Origin: the human T2T-CHM13v2.0 reference genome, Homo sapiens
Assembly (NCBI RefSeq): GCF_009914755.1
Contig: NC_060940.1
Direction: 5' to 3' (one strand)
DNA: 64,000 bases
The notes under the pieces are model-generated. The model was not told the origin of the DNA. It searched no databases and saw nothing but the letters and a program-made list of their open reading frames with translations. Positions 61,737 through 64,000 of the stretch are shown here, piece after piece. How positions within the stretch are numbered: the stretch's first letter is position 1; each line of letters opens with the position of its first letter. The translations under genes and the position numbers were made by a program.

Positions 61737-62286
61737 TTACATAGCCATCTTTTAAGTTAATTTATTTATTTAGCGATGGTCTTGTTTTGTCACCCAGGCT
61801 GGAGTGCAGTGACACAATCATAGCTCACTGCAGCCTTGAACTCCTGGCCTCAAGCGATCCTCCCACCCCAGCTCCAGAGTAGCTGGGACTACAGGCACAT
61901 GCCACAGTGTCCAACTAGACAGCTAGGTAGAAGTCTTTTTTTTTTTTTTTTTTAGCAGACCTATTCAGTAGCCAAAGCCATCATTTTAATAGCTGAAAAC
62001 ATTCCATTGATAGATGAACCATTATTGAACTCATCATTCAGCTAGGACTGGACACTGAAATTCTGCTATTGTAAATAAGGCCATAATGAATGCCCTTAAC
62101 TCTTGATTTTCTTTTCTCTTTTTCAGGTGGAGTCTCGCCCTGTCACCCAGGCTGGAGTGCAGTGGCACGATCTCAGCTCACTGAAACCTCTGCCTCCTCG
62201 GTTCAAGTGATTCTCCTGCCTCAATCTCCTGAGTAGCTGGGATTACAGGTGCCCACCACCACACCTGGCTAATTTTTGTATTTTCA

Positions 62287-62403
<117 letters not shown>

Positions 62404-64000
62404 CTAAGACGATTTTCTTAGGATAGTTTTTCAGAAGTTGGTTCAGTGGGGACGAACATTTCCAAAAAGCAGCATCTGCTGTCCTTCCCTGGGCTGCCTC
62501 CTAACTCTTTGTTTTCAAGCCCCTGCCTGGCACAAGGAAGCCCCTGCTATGTACTCCAGCAGCTTGCTTCATGCACTTATCACAGTTTGCCATTATGTAT
62601 CTGTCTCTGTGATTATCTGTTTATTGTTTACTCCCCACCAATTCGGCTAGAATATTCATGGAGGTCAGGGACCATGGTGTGTGTTCACAGCTGCACCCCC
62701 AGCACCTAGCATGTGCCTGGGATACAGCAGGCACTCAATGTCTGTTTGCTTGGTGAAAAAGCCTTGCACCAGTGGATACACTCAAGGGCATATAAGGAGA
62801 AGCCTAGTCTATTGCAACAGAGCATGTCTTTGTGCCATGGGGACAATGCAACCAGTGCCACTACAGGAACCAGTTGAGTCCTCTGGAGGCCCTGACTCTG
62901 CCAGAAATAAAAAATAATATGCTATGGCCAGATGAGGTGGCTCATGCCTGTAATCCCAGCACTTTGGGAGCCTGAAGCAGGAGGGTTGCTTGAGGTCAGG
63001 AGTTCAAGACCAGCCTGGGTAACAGAGTGAGACTCCATTTCAAAAAATGCAAAAAGTAAAAAAAAAAAAACCTGCAGTATTGATACATGCAACAGTCTGG
63101 ATGCTCTCTAATTCCATGTATAGAATATTTGTTTTATTTTTTTTTGAGACGGAGTCTCGCTCTGTCACCAGGCTGGAGTGCAGTACAGTGGCGCGATCTC
63201 AGCTCTCTGCAACCTCTGCCTCCCAGGTTCAAGTGATTCTCTTGCCTCAGCCTCCTGAGTAGCTGTGACTACAGGCGTTTGCCACCACGCCCAGCTAATT
63301 TTTGTACATTTAGTAGAGACAGGGTTTCACCATCTTGGCCAGGATGGTCTTGATTTCTTGACTTTGTGATCCACCCGCCTCGGCCTCCCAAAGTGCTGGG
63401 ATTACAGCCGTGAGCCACCGTGCCTGGCCTTTTTTTTAAATAAAAAAAAAAAGAAAGAAGAGACAGAGTCTCAATCTTTCACCCAGGCTGGAGTGCAGGC
63501 ATGATCTTGGCTCACTGCAACCTCTGTCTCCTGAGTTCAAGAGATTCTCCTGCCTTAGCCTCCTGAGTATCTGGGATTACAGGTGCCTGCCACCATACCC
63601 AGCTAATTTTTGTATTTTAAGTAGAGACAGGGTTTTGCCATGTTGGCCAGGCTGGTTTTGAACTCCTGACCGCAAGTGATCCGCCTGCCTCGGCCTCCCA
63701 AAGTGCTGGGATTACAGGCGTGAGCCGCCGCCCCCGGCAGCATTCTTGAACCATCAAAATTACAGAACTGGAGAACAGAGTGGTTTCCATGGCTACGGAG
63801 GAAGTGGGTGTGGCTATAAATGGGCCACACGAGGGATTCCAGTGCGGATGGAAATATTAATACTTTGTGTTAAGGTCCTGGCTATAGCCTATGTGCCAAA
63901 GGACAGGGCCTCCTCGGGCCAGAGAACCGCCAATGCTCAAGGTCTGAGTTCGAGCCCTCCATTCCACACCCACTTGCGACCACCTCCTGTCCCAAATGTG

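Overview
Human (or near-identical primate) genomic DNA from the 16p13.11 NDE1/MYH11 overlap, very rich in Alus. Plus strand: NDE1 coding exons 5-8 (6284-15792) and two alternative terminal exons. The proximal 'KMLL' exon starts at 18661 (AATAAA 20825) and the distal 'SSSC' exon starts at 43128 (AATAAA 45266). Minus strand: MYH11 rod/tail exons 21-41 (60828 down to 22923, AATAAA 22083-22088) plus the 39-nt SM2 cassette exon (27740-27778). All exon boundaries were read from GT/AG sites and give continuous reading frames. Exon numbers follow my recollection of NM_017668 and NM_002474 and are consistent with the summed exon lengths. This is a well-studied locus and I see no wholly new gene system. 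The most notable structures are: (1) the NDE1-SSSC exon, which lies antisense inside a MYH11 coding exon and takes its splice acceptor from myosin codons, its poly(A) hexamer from an L2 and a U-rich downstream element from an Alu tail; (2) the 370-nt inv(16) breakpoint intron, which carries a near-consensus 23-RSS; (3) the SM2 C8 tract with a latent 90-aa frameshift tail. Smaller observations include an apparent templated insertion into an Alu, a hairpin, a CArG box duplicated by an Alu TSD, a run of AAG acceptors and a coding variant.
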